From an uncultured virus (IMG/VR IMGVR_UViG_3300034418_006598) (taxonomy: Duplodnaviria; Heunggongvirae; Uroviricota; Caudoviricetes): a stretch of DNA of 64,000 nt. The first letter of the stretch is position 1; each line of letters starts with the position of its first letter. Under the pieces are notes generated by a model. That model was not told where the DNA came from and made no database searches. It worked only from the letters and a program-made list of their open reading frames with translations. Made by a program: the position numbers and the translations under genes. Positions 63,393 to 64,000 of this stretch are shown here, in pieces. Location of the stretch: the IMG/VR virus record IMGVR_UViG_3300034418_006598. One strand, given 5' to 3'.

Positions 63393-64000
63393 CTAGATGG
63401 TTGGTGTGCTGTCGATGGGCCGCATGGTGTCGATGGCGACTGCCTGCAAGAAGGCGTCGGCACGGTCACCGAGGATAACCTTGGCTGCCTTTTCAGTGCC
63501 GAGGCGCTGGGACAGCTTGTTGAGCGACTGGAACAGTCGAAGCGACATGCGCTCCGATCCGGCGTCGGCCATCCGGTCGGCGTAGTCTCGCCATGCCATC
63601 GGCAGGGTTTCGAGAGCCAGCGGGTGCGGACGGTCGATGCGGATGCGGACCGGGAAGCGGTCGATGAGTGCCTGAGGCAGTTCTTCGATCTGCTCGACGT
63701 TGGTCGTCATGATGACTTGGTAGCCGTGGGCTGCGGTGTGCTTCTCACCGGTCACGGGATGTTCCCAGATGGACGAGCCGTCGGAGTCGGTGATGTTGAG
63801 CAGGGTAGCGAACACATCGCCACCGGCCTTGTCGATCTCGTCTACGACGAGTCGGCCACCACTGGTCATGGCCTTGACGGCGGCACCTTCGATCCATTCG
63901 AAGCCTCCGTCTGCGGACGGCAGGAAGCCGCCGGTAACGTCCATGTTGGTCATGTCGTCGGTGCAGGTGATGCGGTGCGACTCTTGGGCGTGCATCTTGT
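63393..64000 (-). CDS. MoxR/CbbQ/CobS-type AAA+ ATPase (5'-truncated)
   Basis: FEWIEG..VKAM..GG.LVVDEIDKA (Walker B), VIMTTN, LPQALIDRF, SLR. Confidence 0.88.
   Translation of the reverse strand, partial: KMHAQESHRITCTDDMTNMDVTGGFLPSADGGFEWIEGAAVKAMTSGGRLVVDEIDKAGGDVFATLLNITDSDGSSIWEHPVTGEKHTAAHGYQVIMTTNVEQIEELPQALIDRFPVRIRIDRPHPLALETLPMAWRDYADRMADAGSERMSLRLFQSLNKLSQRLGTEKAAKVILGDRADAFLQAVAIDTMRPIDSTPTI

Overview
The whole window is a segment of a large tailed dsDNA phage with a contractile (myovirus-type) tail. The host is most likely an actinobacterium, judged from a WhiB gene, many apparently leaderless genes and a short-variable-arm tRNA-Leu(UAA). Structural genes: HK97-fold major capsid protein, head-tail joining genes, tail sheath and tube, a probably frameshifted tail chaperone, tape measure, baseplate and several fibres. 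Interleaved with these are a class II ribonucleotide reductase, IMPDH/GMP reductase, family A DNA polymerase, an RpoD-like sigma factor, two deaminases, thioredoxin, a 2OG-Fe(II) oxygenase and a MoxR/VWA pair. No portal, large terminase, integrase, CRISPR array or reverse transcriptase was recognised. The most notable element is a non-coding cassette at 55381-55630: a pistol self-cleaving ribozyme 7 nt after a small ORF, whose cleavage site falls at the 5' end of a ~170-nt multi-stem RNA with two potential pseudoknots that resembles the raiA motif, followed by an Hsp20 remnant. Other highlights: a 1950-aa polyvalent protein (HExxH, DEDDh exonuclease, two ART-like domains); an abrupt C/A-rich to G/T-rich strand-bias switch inside whiB next to a terS-like gene; tRNAs for UUA and AUA, including a rare UAU-anticodon tRNA-Ile; and several further candidate structured RNAs. 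All calls come from manual motif recognition; no database searches were run.
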